Made by a program: the position numbers and the translations under genes. From positions 288,001-352,000 of the forward strand of contig JAHPZA010000009.1 in the NCBI GenBank assembly GCA_019058445.1: a DNA stretch of 64,000 nt, given 5' to 3'. Numbering within the stretch: position 1 is the stretch's first letter; the number at the start of each line of letters is the position of its first letter. The DNA is from Promethearchaeota archaeon. Its GTDB lineage: Archaea > Asgardarchaeota > Lokiarchaeia > Sigyniarchaeales > SOKP01. Shown here piece by piece: positions 30,563 through 39,874 of the stretch. Under the pieces are notes generated by a model. That model was not told the origin of the DNA. It ran no database searches and saw only the letters and a list, made by a program, of their open reading frames with translations.

Positions 30563-31504
30563 ATGATAATGAAAAAAAGAACATGGTTTTTCACCACAAG
30601 AAGTCTAGAAGACGAGGGAGAGGGAAAATTTGAAGAAATTTTTGTCAATATATGTGGTCTCGATTTTTGGAAATATCGACAAGAACCTAGTCTGCTTTCG
30701 AAATTCATATTAGAAAGCCACTTAGATGAAATAATCAATTATATTGAGTATCATAAACACCAACAATTAAAAAGATACCAAACCTCTAACGATAAGTTAA
30801 AAATTAGGGAAGGAATAGATTTATTATATGCTCTTGCGTACCAAATTCTTGCAATATTAATTCTTGAGACTGGCTCCATTTTACCTGATAAGGTAAAAAA
30901 CGAGGTTTTAAGAGCAACAATATGGGATTTTGATAAACGATGGGGCTTCTCTTCAGCGTATATAGAACCGAGAAAAAATTATCTAAAATATCTGCGGAAT
31001 GCTATATTAAACTACAATTCTGGTAAGAAGGTTTTATTTGTGGATAGTCCTGAGTTGAAAATTCTTAATAAAGGTAAAGAAGCTACGATAATTGAAGGTT
31101 TAGAAGGATTGTTTGATAACATAGTAAGAGCGCAAGAAGTCACCCGGCTCGATTTAAGCAATTGCAATTTGAAATCTATCCCTGAAGAAGTATTCTTTTT
31201 TACTAATCTTAGAGAATTATATTTAAGTGGAAATAAATTAAGGGAGATTCCTAGTGATATTAAGGTCTTGCAAAATCTTGAAGTTTTAGATTTGTCTCAT
31301 AACGATTTTGAATCCTTCCCAGAGGTAGTTGTGGAGCTATCGTCTCTTGAAGTATTAGATTTAATTAAGAATAGAATTAGTGAAATACCAGAATCTATTT
31401 TATGCCTCGATAATTTATATTATTTACACTTAGGAGGCAATCCAGTTGATTTTGTTAAGTTACATTCGCTACTTCCGGATATCTATATTGGCTATCCATA
31501 TTAG
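30563..31504 (+). CDS. Helical N-terminal domain plus LRR; candidate immunity protein
   Basis: LxxLxLxxNxLxxIP repeats in the C-terminal third; directly downstream of the nuclease-tipped gene. Confidence 0.8.
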   Translation: MIMKKRTWFFTTRSLEDEGEGKFEEIFVNICGLDFWKYRQEPSLLSKFILESHLDEIINYIEYHKHQQLKRYQTSNDKLKIREGIDLLYALAYQILAILILETGSILPDKVKNEVLRATIWDFDKRWGFSSAYIEPRKNYLKYLRNAILNYNSGKKVLFVDSPELKILNKGKEATIIEGLEGLFDNIVRAQEVTRLDLSNCNLKSIPEEVFFFTNLRELYLSGNKLREIPSDIKVLQNLEVLDLSHNDFESFPEVVVELSSLEVLDLIKNRISEIPESILCLDNLYYLHLGGNPVDFVKLHSLLPDIYIGYPY

Positions 31505-31636
31505 CCCACACAGATTAATTAAATTATCTCTACATTTAGGATACTCCATATTTAAAGAACGAATAGTTGAATCAATTATAACTTGAAATATTTAATAAAA
31601 AGGATTTACCAGAAAATTTATACTTTGTTTTTCAGA

Positions 31637-32143
31637 CTACTCTTCTTTCCAGCAATGTTTATCTAATTTGCATTCGCATTTACTAAAATTAAAGTCAAAT
31701 GGTATAACAAAATCGGTCATAATATCTGTAATTAGATTTATCGTAACTTTAAGTACATCAGGATCGCTTCTTAAGTGAATATTGACAATCCTTTCGATGT
31801 CTTCAATCGTAAAACCTGCCATCATAATACTCATATTTATATTACCGCTCAGTCTAAAACAATTCAAGAGAAATGGACATTTTTTAACAATGTCATATAT
31901 ATTATCAGGGTTGTTTGTCTGGAGATCAACTCTTGCAAAATACATATCGGCTGCTTTCAGATTTATTCCTGCTTGAAACTGTAGGACGCCTTGCTCTTCA
32001 AGTCTTCGAATTCTCATTCCTACAGTAGGTTGGCTCCTATTAACTTTTTCGGCGATTTGGGTATGTGTTAGATTAGGTTGATCTTGGACTAAAGCAATAA
32101 TTTTTTTATCAATTTCATCCATTTTTAATACTTCACTCATCAT
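31637..32143 (-). CDS. Lrp/AsnC-family regulator (integration target, intact)
   Basis: THTQIAEKVNRSQPTVGMRI, CPF..CFRLSG, tail CECKLDKHC. Confidence 0.9.
   Translation of the reverse strand: MMSEVLKMDEIDKKIIALVQDQPNLTHTQIAEKVNRSQPTVGMRIRRLEEQGVLQFQAGINLKAADMYFARVDLQTNNPDNIYDIVKKCPFLLNCFRLSGNINMSIMMAGFTIEDIERIVNIHLRSDPDVLKVTINLITDIMTDFVIPFDFNFSKCECKLDKHCWKEE
31644..31858. repeat. 215-bp direct repeat, right copy (att-like)
   Basis: Exact blocks shared with the left copy: CCTGCCATCATAATACTCATAT (31815-31836 = 24967-24988) and a 29-bp block (31695-31723 = 24847-24875). Confidence 0.92.
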
Positions 32144-32346
32144 TTTTTATTTTCCCCTTGTTAAATTTTTATTATCGGTCTATCGTTTATTGACGGTTAA
32201 TCGATATAACGATACCATCATATTTAAATATTACGGTAGGTCCTAGATCTTTATCTTATTGAAATTAATAAATCATTAGTAAAATCTTTAAAAGCTTTCA
32301 AATTCATCTTAAATTCAAACATTCAGTCCAAAAATTTTGAAATACC

Positions 32347-32682
32347 ATGAGTGAGTTAACAGAAAAGATTGCAGACTTTCTAAAAATACTTTCAGACCAA
32401 ACGCGACTTGAGATCTTGGAACTATTAAGAAATGGTGAAAAAACCTCAAAAGAAATACAAGAGCGATTAGGTAAAAGCCAATCAACAATATCTCAGCATC
32501 TGAAAAGATTGAACGATGAGGATCTCATCATCAATGAAGAAAAGGACAATATAAACTACTATCGGATTAAGTATCAATATATTTTTAAAATCCTTAAATT
32601 TATCCAATCATTCGTAATAACCCTCCAAAAAGAGAAAATTAGAAAGCTAAGTGAATTAAATATTGAAGATACTCTATCATAA
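32347..32682 (+). CDS. ArsR/SmtB-family regulator
   Basis: LSDQTRLEILELL...SQSTISQHLKRL. Confidence 0.9.
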   Translation: MSELTEKIADFLKILSDQTRLEILELLRNGEKTSKEIQERLGKSQSTISQHLKRLNDEDLIINEEKDNINYYRIKYQYIFKILKFIQSFVITLQKEKIRKLSELNIEDTLS

Positions 32683-32732
32683 GTGTTCCTTTTTAAGAAC
32701 CTTAAAAAAACAGTTGAATAAAATCAAAAAAT

Positions 32733-33281
32733 ATGACAGAATCATCAAAAATTGCCAAGGTTTTATTATTAGCAGGACTCGATAATAGCGGTAAGACTTC
32801 GATCGCATACAGTTTAAGAGGAACAAGGAACTTACCAACTTTTTGTAAGACAAAACCGACTGTTAGAAGAAATATAGTATCAATTAAAGCTTATGATTCA
32901 GAGTATGTAATCTGGGATCTTGGGGGTCAAGAAGCGTATAGAGACGAATATATAGAAAATTTTGATAATTATTTCAAGGGATTAGACAAACTTATCTACG
33001 TTTTTGATGTCCAAGATTTGAGACGATATGATTCAGCATTAGATTATTTCGAGAAAATCATCAATTTGTTAAAAGAAAGAAATGATGTAAGTGAAATTGA
33101 AGTTTTAATTTTCCTGCATAAATTTGATCCTGATTTAAGCACTATTCGACCAGAAATCACTGACGAGATTATAGATGATTTAAAAGAAAACATTAAAAAA
33201 ATAATAGATAAAACGGATTTCTTTTATCAAATATTTAAAACAAGTATTTATTGTTTATTTGACAAAACTGTTACCGATTAG
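32733..33281 (+). CDS. Small GTPase, Arf/Rag-like
   Basis: G1 GLDNSGKT, G2 PT, G3 WDLGGQ, G4 HKFD, TSIY. Confidence 0.9.
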   Translation: MTESSKIAKVLLLAGLDNSGKTSIAYSLRGTRNLPTFCKTKPTVRRNIVSIKAYDSEYVIWDLGGQEAYRDEYIENFDNYFKGLDKLIYVFDVQDLRRYDSALDYFEKIINLLKERNDVSEIEVLIFLHKFDPDLSTIRPEITDEIIDDLKENIKKIIDKTDFFYQIFKTSIYCLFDKTVTD

Positions 33282-33302
33282 AATAAGACTTATTTTTAAT
33301 TA

Positions 33303-33569
33303 CTAATCAATAGTTATAGCGCCTAATTTGCAGGCAGTAGTACAAATATGGCATTTTACGCAACGATCTTCCCGATCTTCCACAACAACACATTTTGGGG
33401 TAGAATCCTTATTAATGACTTGATAAATCCCCCTAAAACATTCTTCTTCACATGCGAAATTTTCGCATTCTGGGCATTTACTCGTATCAATGTGATGAAA
33501 TTTATAACTTTCAATCGTTTTCTGATCGTTAGCTTCACTCATCCTATTTATGTAAGTTAAAAAATCCAT
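33303..33569 (-). CDS. Ferredoxin (two clusters)
   Basis: CPEC..FAC...C and CVKCHICTTAC. Confidence 0.85.
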   Translation of the reverse strand: MDFLTYINRMSEANDQKTIESYKFHHIDTSKCPECENFACEEECFRGIYQVINKDSTPKCVVVEDREDRCVKCHICTTACKLGAITID

Positions 33570-33659
33570 TTATCTCTTCACTTTATAGAATATAAAACAA
33601 TTTTTTATTATCCTTTCACAAAATACTCTAAATAGATAATTTCAATTGAATTTATAATA

Positions 33660-34328
33660 ATGATCCCAATTAAATATCCACTCTTTGAAATACCTAATTT
33701 GAAACAAGGAACTTTTCAGGAAAGACCTAATCGATTCATCGCTGAGATCGAATACAAAGGAAAAATAGAAACTGCACATGTCCATGACCCAGGGAGATTA
33801 AAAGAATTACTTATAAAAGGGGCAAAAATTCTCTTTACTCACTCCAAAGGCAAGTTAAAATATTACATAAAGGCTGTAAAATGCGAGGATGAGTGGGTAC
33901 TAATTGACACTGCTCAACATTCGAAAATTGCTATGAAAGTATTTTCTTATTTGCCAGAATTCACGCATGTTAAAGAATTTAAAAAGGAAGTTAAGCTTGG
34001 AAATAGTAGAATTGACTTTATGCTTGATGGGATTCCTTTAGAAGTTAAGGGAGTTACTCTTGTAAAAGATGGATTAGCATTATTTCCGGATGCTCCAACA
34101 GAGCGAGGTACTAGGCATGTAAATGAGATTATTCAACATCATGGAATTATTTTATTTTTAATATTTCGAAAGGCAGAAAAATTTGCTCCTAATTGGGAGA
34201 CTGATCCAAAATTTTCTGAAAAATTAAGCGAAGCAAGGAATAATGGAATTAAAATATATGTAGTTCAAATTTCTTTTGATGGAAAAATGTTATATTATCA
34301 CGGAAGAATTAAACTAGCAGATTTCTGA
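33660..34328 (+). CDS. sfsA: SfsA-family nuclease
   Basis: RPNRF, HVHDPGRLKELL, SRIDF, LEVKGVTL, FPDAPTERG.RH. Confidence 0.93.
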   Translation: MIPIKYPLFEIPNLKQGTFQERPNRFIAEIEYKGKIETAHVHDPGRLKELLIKGAKILFTHSKGKLKYYIKAVKCEDEWVLIDTAQHSKIAMKVFSYLPEFTHVKEFKKEVKLGNSRIDFMLDGIPLEVKGVTLVKDGLALFPDAPTERGTRHVNEIIQHHGIILFLIFRKAEKFAPNWETDPKFSEKLSEARNNGIKIYVVQISFDGKMLYYHGRIKLADF

Positions 34329-34462
34329 ATTAAATCTAAAATTATAAGTCATTTAAACATTAAATCAAGCTAATTTAAACGGTAAACATTTAAATTTTAG
34401 AACTCTTACCATATTAATATCATTCAAATGAACAAAATGGTATAAATTAGGCGTCACGAAGT

Positions 34463-35146
34463 TTGAGTTCTATAATTTTAATTGAAGATGAAATAATAGT
34501 CTATGATCTGGTAAAAGAATATTTGCAAAAGAAACCGCTATTTAATCTTGAAGAAATCGTCAGTTTTTTAAATTATAGATTAAAATCAAACATGAATTTT
34601 AATAGAAACAAGATCACATTAGTTATTAAAGCTCTTATAAAGAAGAAATTAATCTTACCTGGAACTAAATTGGCTAGAGATGACATTTTAGAAGTTGCCA
34701 AACGGGTAGAAATATATGATTATATTACTGCAATGCCAGGTGCACATTTATCTGAAATCAAGGAATATCATGAAATAGGGAGCAATCATGTTATATGGCA
34801 TTTAAAATGGTTAGAAAAATTCGAATTTATTAGGTCTGCAAGATTTAAAAATCAAAAGGCGTATTTCAACTCAAAATTTGACAAGAGATATGATGAAATT
34901 TTTTTTTATTTAAGAAATGCTAAAGTAAAAAAAATAATAAAACTGCTACGTAAGGAATCATCATCAATGAACCTTACAAATATATCAGATAACCTAAATA
35001 TCCACTATACCACAGTAAAAAAGTATATGAATATCTTACAGAAGTTTAATTTATTAATGGAGGTTGATGAAGAACACAAACAGGAATATTTGCTAAATCC
35101 TAAAATGTTCGCAATAATACAAAATGTTATTGATAATTTGAAATAG
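34463..35146 (+). CDS. Multi-wHTH transcriptional regulator
   Basis: R.EIYDYI..MPG.H...WHLKWLEKF, second HTH ISDNLNIHYTTVKKY. Confidence 0.8.
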   Translation: MSSIILIEDEIIVYDLVKEYLQKKPLFNLEEIVSFLNYRLKSNMNFNRNKITLVIKALIKKKLILPGTKLARDDILEVAKRVEIYDYITAMPGAHLSEIKEYHEIGSNHVIWHLKWLEKFEFIRSARFKNQKAYFNSKFDKRYDEIFFYLRNAKVKKIIKLLRKESSSMNLTNISDNLNIHYTTVKKYMNILQKFNLLMEVDEEHKQEYLLNPKMFAIIQNVIDNLK

Positions 35147-35268
35147 TAAGGATTTATTTACCTTTAATTTTTGAAAATGATTAAAACTGAGTTCAATATT
35201 CTTCCAATGGGATTTAAAAAATATAATTTAGTCTATCTAATTGAATTAAAAATCTTTGATAAAATGTC

Positions 35269-38214
35269 ATGAGTTCTCGCAAAAAACTTAAAATTCTGAT
35301 TTTAATGGAATTGTTTATTATATTAGCAATAATTTTTAGTTCAATCAATAATGAGAACTATATAAATGATATTTCTGATCAAAATTCTGAGGATAAGCTA
35401 CAATACGATAATCAATTCACAAAAATTAAGAATCAGGGCTATTGGAATTTGACTGGAAGTCCTATTTTTATTAATGGAAGTGCTACAGGCATGGGTGCTC
35501 AAAATTGGACTTGGGCTGAAAGTCATGACTGGTGCACTAAGATTAATGGAGCATATATTATTGAAAACGTCACTATCGATGGTCGAGATGTGGATGGGCG
35601 TTTAATAGACATCGTTGATTCAAATGATCCCTTTATTATTAGAAATTGCACATTAATTGATTCAGATTATGGAAATTACTTCGCAGCTTTAAGATTACAT
35701 AATACAAATAATAGTTTAATAATTAACAATAATTTTTCAAATTCTAATTACAATGGGATATTACTTGAAAATAGTAAAAATAATACAATATCGAATAATT
35801 TATTAAATGACAACCAGTATGGAATACATTTAGCTGATTATAGCAACAACAATACTATTTACAACAATACAGCAAACGGAAACGGATGGTGTGGAATTCT
35901 ACTAGGTGGAGGATTACAGGGACAATCATTTAATAATATTATTAAAAACAACACTTTTAATTTTAATACAGTTTATGGAATATCTTTGACTAGTGGTTCA
36001 ATAAATAATACTATTTCAAATAATACTGTGAGCTATAACACAGGAAAGGGGATTATGCTAGGTTCCCAGTGTAATAATAATACTATCACAGATAACTACA
36101 TCTGCGAAAATGGAGATAGTAATTATGATTATGGAATTCATTTATATGATACTTGTAATAAGAATAAAATAATCAATAACACTATTGTAAATAATTATGA
36201 TTCGGGAATTTATTTGGAAGATCAATGTAATTATAATATTATTTATGATAATATTATAAGTGATAACGGAATCAATGGAATAGAATTAGACGATCGATGT
36301 AATTACAATAATATAACTGATAATACAATTTCCAATAATAGTCAAAATGGAATTTATCTATATCAAATGTGTGAATACAATGGGATAGAAAATAATACAA
36401 TAAATGATAATAAAAATCACGGAATTTATTTGCATCAATCATGTGGTAATACTGGTTATAATGTGATTTCAAACAATACTATTAATGATAATAGTCAAGA
36501 TGGAATACATTTGCTGAATTTCTGTAATAATAACAATATCACTGGAAATTTAGTAAGGGATAATGGAGAGAATGGAATTTATTTATCTACAATATGTAAT
36601 AACAACAATATAACGGGTAATACGGTAAGTTTTAACAATCAACAGGGCATCTTTATTGATAATTACTGTTATAATAATTATATTACAGGAAACACGGTAA
36701 GTCTTAACAATCAACATGGTATCAATTTAGATAATGGGTGTTATGATAATTATATCACAGGAAATACAGTAGAAAATAATTTGAATGGAATAAATATAGT
36801 TGATTGTGATGATACAAATGTATCGAAAAATATAGTTTATTCTAATAATCAACATGGAATTGCTTTGTCAGGATGTAATAATTGTAACCTTACAGGAAAT
36901 AATGTTTATCAGAACGATGAAGATGGATTTATCTTAGAAAATTCTTATGATCTTTATCTGTATAATAATAGTGTAACTCTCAATCTTGACCATGGGATTT
37001 ATCTAATTAACACGAATAATTCTGATATTGTTGAATGTAAAGCTAATAGCAATTTTAAAGATGGTATTAGATTATTTGGAAGTCATAATATTACGATCAT
37101 TAATAGTTCAGCTAATTCCAATGCGATTTATGGGATTGCATTACTAGAGAGTCATTTTAATAAAATGGAAAATAATACTGAAACAATTAGCTTGAATGGT
37201 GTTAGTGGCATATATTTAGAGGGTAGTCATAATAATACTATTACTAGAAATAATATCAATAATAATCCTATTGGTATCCAATTAGTAAATTCATTTAATA
37301 ACACAATATCTCCTAACACCTTTATTGGTAATGGAATTAACATATTATATGGTGTTATCGTAATAGATGATGGATCATCAAGCGATGGAGGAGGGGGAGA
37401 TGGAAGTGTTAAAGATGAATTTCCAATAATTATCATCATCATTATTGTAATTGGGAGTGTAGGTTCTGTAGCTTCCTTAGCAGTAAGGTCATCTATGAAG
37501 AAAGGTAAAGTAAGTTATTCAGGTAAAAAAGGTCTTTCAAAAGAACAGAAAGCTAAAGCTAAAAAGAAAGGGATGTTAAATTTTGAAAATGAAACAGGCG
37601 AATTAGAAACTATTAAATCAGCTAAAGAAATTCAAAAGAAAACCAAGTCAATTACAGATGAATTTCAGAAGAAAATGGATCAATTAGAACCAAAATCAAA
37701 ATCTCAAGAATTAACTGAGGCAGAAAAAGCTGAACTAGCAAAAACGGAAGCAGAAATGGAAGTTGATAAGCAGAAATTTATATGTGTTGTGCATAGGGGA
37801 CCAATTCATGGTTCAAATATTTATCTTTGTAAGCATTGTGAGACCTTTTATTGTGAAAGATGTGCTAAGGTCCTTAAAATGAAAGGAGAGAAATGCTGGA
37901 ATTGTGAGAATGAAATTGATATTGAAATCACAGAAAGAGATCGTAATACCCTGTTAGAGAAAAAAGCTGTTGATTTAATTGAAGATATAATTAATGAGAA
38001 ACAATTTGTTAGAGATTTTGTTGAATCTAATAAAGATATTGAAGAAATTCCTCAAATAAAAGACTATCTTTTTTCATTAATAACTCTTGAAGAATTAGTT
38101 AAAATTGATTTAATAGAACTATCACCAGAGGATAAAAAGCGCTTTATTAAAGAGTTAATTCTTCTAGATTATAATGAACGAGAAAACTATTTGGATGAAA
38201 TACTTAAGGAGTAA
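35269..38214 (+). CDS. Large NosD/beta-helix surface protein with TM helix and a C-terminal RING-like Zn finger
   Basis: Many GI.L...C.NN.I..N repeats, G/D linker, poly-Ile TM, Lys-rich stretch, CVVH-x11-CKHC-x4-CERC-x10-CWNC. Confidence 0.85.
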   Translation: MSSRKKLKILILMELFIILAIIFSSINNENYINDISDQNSEDKLQYDNQFTKIKNQGYWNLTGSPIFINGSATGMGAQNWTWAESHDWCTKINGAYIIENVTIDGRDVDGRLIDIVDSNDPFIIRNCTLIDSDYGNYFAALRLHNTNNSLIINNNFSNSNYNGILLENSKNNTISNNLLNDNQYGIHLADYSNNNTIYNNTANGNGWCGILLGGGLQGQSFNNIIKNNTFNFNTVYGISLTSGSINNTISNNTVSYNTGKGIMLGSQCNNNTITDNYICENGDSNYDYGIHLYDTCNKNKIINNTIVNNYDSGIYLEDQCNYNIIYDNIISDNGINGIELDDRCNYNNITDNTISNNSQNGIYLYQMCEYNGIENNTINDNKNHGIYLHQSCGNTGYNVISNNTINDNSQDGIHLLNFCNNNNITGNLVRDNGENGIYLSTICNNNNITGNTVSFNNQQGIFIDNYCYNNYITGNTVSLNNQHGINLDNGCYDNYITGNTVENNLNGINIVDCDDTNVSKNIVYSNNQHGIALSGCNNCNLTGNNVYQNDEDGFILENSYDLYLYNNSVTLNLDHGIYLINTNNSDIVECKANSNFKDGIRLFGSHNITIINSSANSNAIYGIALLESHFNKMENNTETISLNGVSGIYLEGSHNNTITRNNINNNPIGIQLVNSFNNTISPNTFIGNGINILYGVIVIDDGSSSDGGGGDGSVKDEFPIIIIIIIVIGSVGSVASLAVRSSMKKGKVSYSGKKGLSKEQKAKAKKKGMLNFENETGELETIKSAKEIQKKTKSITDEFQKKMDQLEPKSKSQELTEAEKAELAKTEAEMEVDKQKFICVVHRGPIHGSNIYLCKHCETFYCERCAKVLKMKGEKCWNCENEIDIEITERDRNTLLEKKAVDLIEDIINEKQFVRDFVESNKDIEEIPQIKDYLFSLITLEELVKIDLIELSPEDKKRFIKELILLDYNERENYLDEILKE

Positions 38215-38254
38215 TTCTTTTTTAAGCGCTTAATTTTTATATTTTTATTTGAAA

Positions 38255-39682
38255 TTATTTATCTTCAATATTAATTCCTAAGTTTCTAAGCTTTTCCCTT
38301 ATTTCATCGCTAATATCATAAAGTTTTTTCTCTCTCAATTTGTTCCTGATATCTTTAATAATTTCCAAGAGTGAATTAATGATTTTATCTTTCTCATCAA
38401 CTGTGCCATTAAATTTGTCTTTAAGTTGTTGCTTTAGATTAGGGAATAATCCAAAAATCTCATCTATTGTTTCGATGAAATTAAAGAATTTATCCTTGAA
38501 CGTATTGGTAACCTTGTTATTCTCTTCAAAAACAATACGATTAATCTCTCTAAATAATGTCATAATTTCTGCAATTGCTATAGGAGTGTTAAAGTCATCA
38601 TCCATAGCACTAACGACATTTTGCTCTGTACTGTCTATTTTATTAATTAACTCCGCTATTTTATGAGTTTCATGATCGATGGTTTTTATGTCGTTAATAT
38701 TTCGAATTGTATTTTTCAGTCTCTCATAATTTTTTTTAGCCTGATTCATATTATCTAATGAGTAATTTACCGATTTTCTATAATGGCTGGAAATTAGAAA
38801 TAATCTGATAACCATCGGGTCATATTCTTTGGCCACTTCTGAAACAAGAAAAAAATTCCCAAGGCTTTTAGACATTTTCTCATTATCAACATTTACAAAA
38901 CCGTTATGCATAAAATAGTTCGCAAAGGGCTTGCCGGTGTATGCTTCAGATTGAGAAATTTCATTACGATGATGTGGGAATTTCAAATCCTGCCCGCCTC
39001 CATGAATATCAATTGTTTCACCAAGATAATTAATTGCCATTGCGGTGCATTCAATATGCCATCCTGGCCTCCCTTTTCCCCAAGGGCTTTCCCAAAAAGG
39101 CTCATCTTCCTTTGATTTTTTCCATAGTGCGAAATCTTTTGGATTTTTCTTCTCTTCTATATGATTATAATCGATTTCCTCCTCTTCTTCAGCCTCTAAA
39201 TCCTCCTCTGAAATATTTTGCAAGATTGTCCTATATTTTGAAAATGAGTTTACATCAAAATATACAGAAGCATTACTTTCATAGGCATGTCCTTTTGATA
39301 TTAGTCCCTGCACTATTTCTATCATAAAATCGATAACTTCAGTAGCACGCGGATTTTTATAATCCTTTTGAATATTTAAAATATCCATAATTTCCTCGTA
39401 TTCTTTTATATACTGCTCGCTTAGTGTTTTATAGTCAACGCCGCGCTCATTCGCCCTCTTAATGATTTTATCATCAATATCAGTATAATTTTTCACAAGT
39501 TTTATTTCAAACCCTTTAAATTTAAAATAACGTCTTATCAAATCGAAAGCTACAGCTGACTTCGCATGCCCTAAATGGGGGCTGTCATATACAGTTGGTC
39601 CACACACGTACATTAATACTTCATTTGGATTCAGAGGTTTAAACTCTTCTTTTTTAAATGTTAGACTATTGTAAAGCTTCAT
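38255..39682 (-). CDS. cysS: Cysteinyl-tRNA synthetase
   Basis: YVCGPTVY, HLGH, GRPGWHIEC, FPHH.NE, KMSKS; ATG at 39682 preceded by GGTGA. Confidence 0.97.
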   Translation of the reverse strand: MKLYNSLTFKKEEFKPLNPNEVLMYVCGPTVYDSPHLGHAKSAVAFDLIRRYFKFKGFEIKLVKNYTDIDDKIIKRANERGVDYKTLSEQYIKEYEEIMDILNIQKDYKNPRATEVIDFMIEIVQGLISKGHAYESNASVYFDVNSFSKYRTILQNISEEDLEAEEEEEIDYNHIEEKKNPKDFALWKKSKEDEPFWESPWGKGRPGWHIECTAMAINYLGETIDIHGGGQDLKFPHHRNEISQSEAYTGKPFANYFMHNGFVNVDNEKMSKSLGNFFLVSEVAKEYDPMVIRLFLISSHYRKSVNYSLDNMNQAKKNYERLKNTIRNINDIKTIDHETHKIAELINKIDSTEQNVVSAMDDDFNTPIAIAEIMTLFREINRIVFEENNKVTNTFKDKFFNFIETIDEIFGLFPNLKQQLKDKFNGTVDEKDKIINSLLEIIKDIRNKLREKKLYDISDEIREKLRNLGINIEDK

Positions 39683-39737
39683 TGATAATATCACCGAGAA
39701 GGTTAGTTAGTAAAAGACATTGAAAATCAATAATTAG

Positions 39738-39874
39738 AGCCAGCGGTGGGATTTGCATCCAAAATGGAAAGCCATTTTAAGTTTTGCACCCACGAATAAC
39801 CGCTCTGCAGGCGGTCTCCTTAACTACTCGGAATTGCGCTATTAGCGTATATGCTATTATATAGATACGCTGGC
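39738..39874 (-). tRNA. tRNA-Cys(GCA) with a 31-nt T-loop intron (39752..39782) and a ~33-nt insertion near positions 9-11; alternative 5' end at 39886
   Basis: Acceptor GCCAGCG/CGCTGGC + U73, anticodon arm ACCGC-CTGCAGA-GCGGT, T stem GTGGG/CCCAC, D stem TCC/GGA. Confidence 0.85.

Larger units (their letters stand above)
25011..31858. mobile_element. Decayed integrative element inserted in an lrp gene
   Basis: Bounded by the duplicated lrp 3' half; frameshifted small genes, 5'-truncated giant gene, visibly higher GC over ~25270-28470; no integrase recognised. Confidence 0.75.

Noticed and set aside
35700-37330. AAT-rich periodic DNA as a possible CRISPR or tandem array
   Set aside because: In-frame degenerate beta-helix codon repeats; no identical repeats with spacers and no cas genes seen in the window
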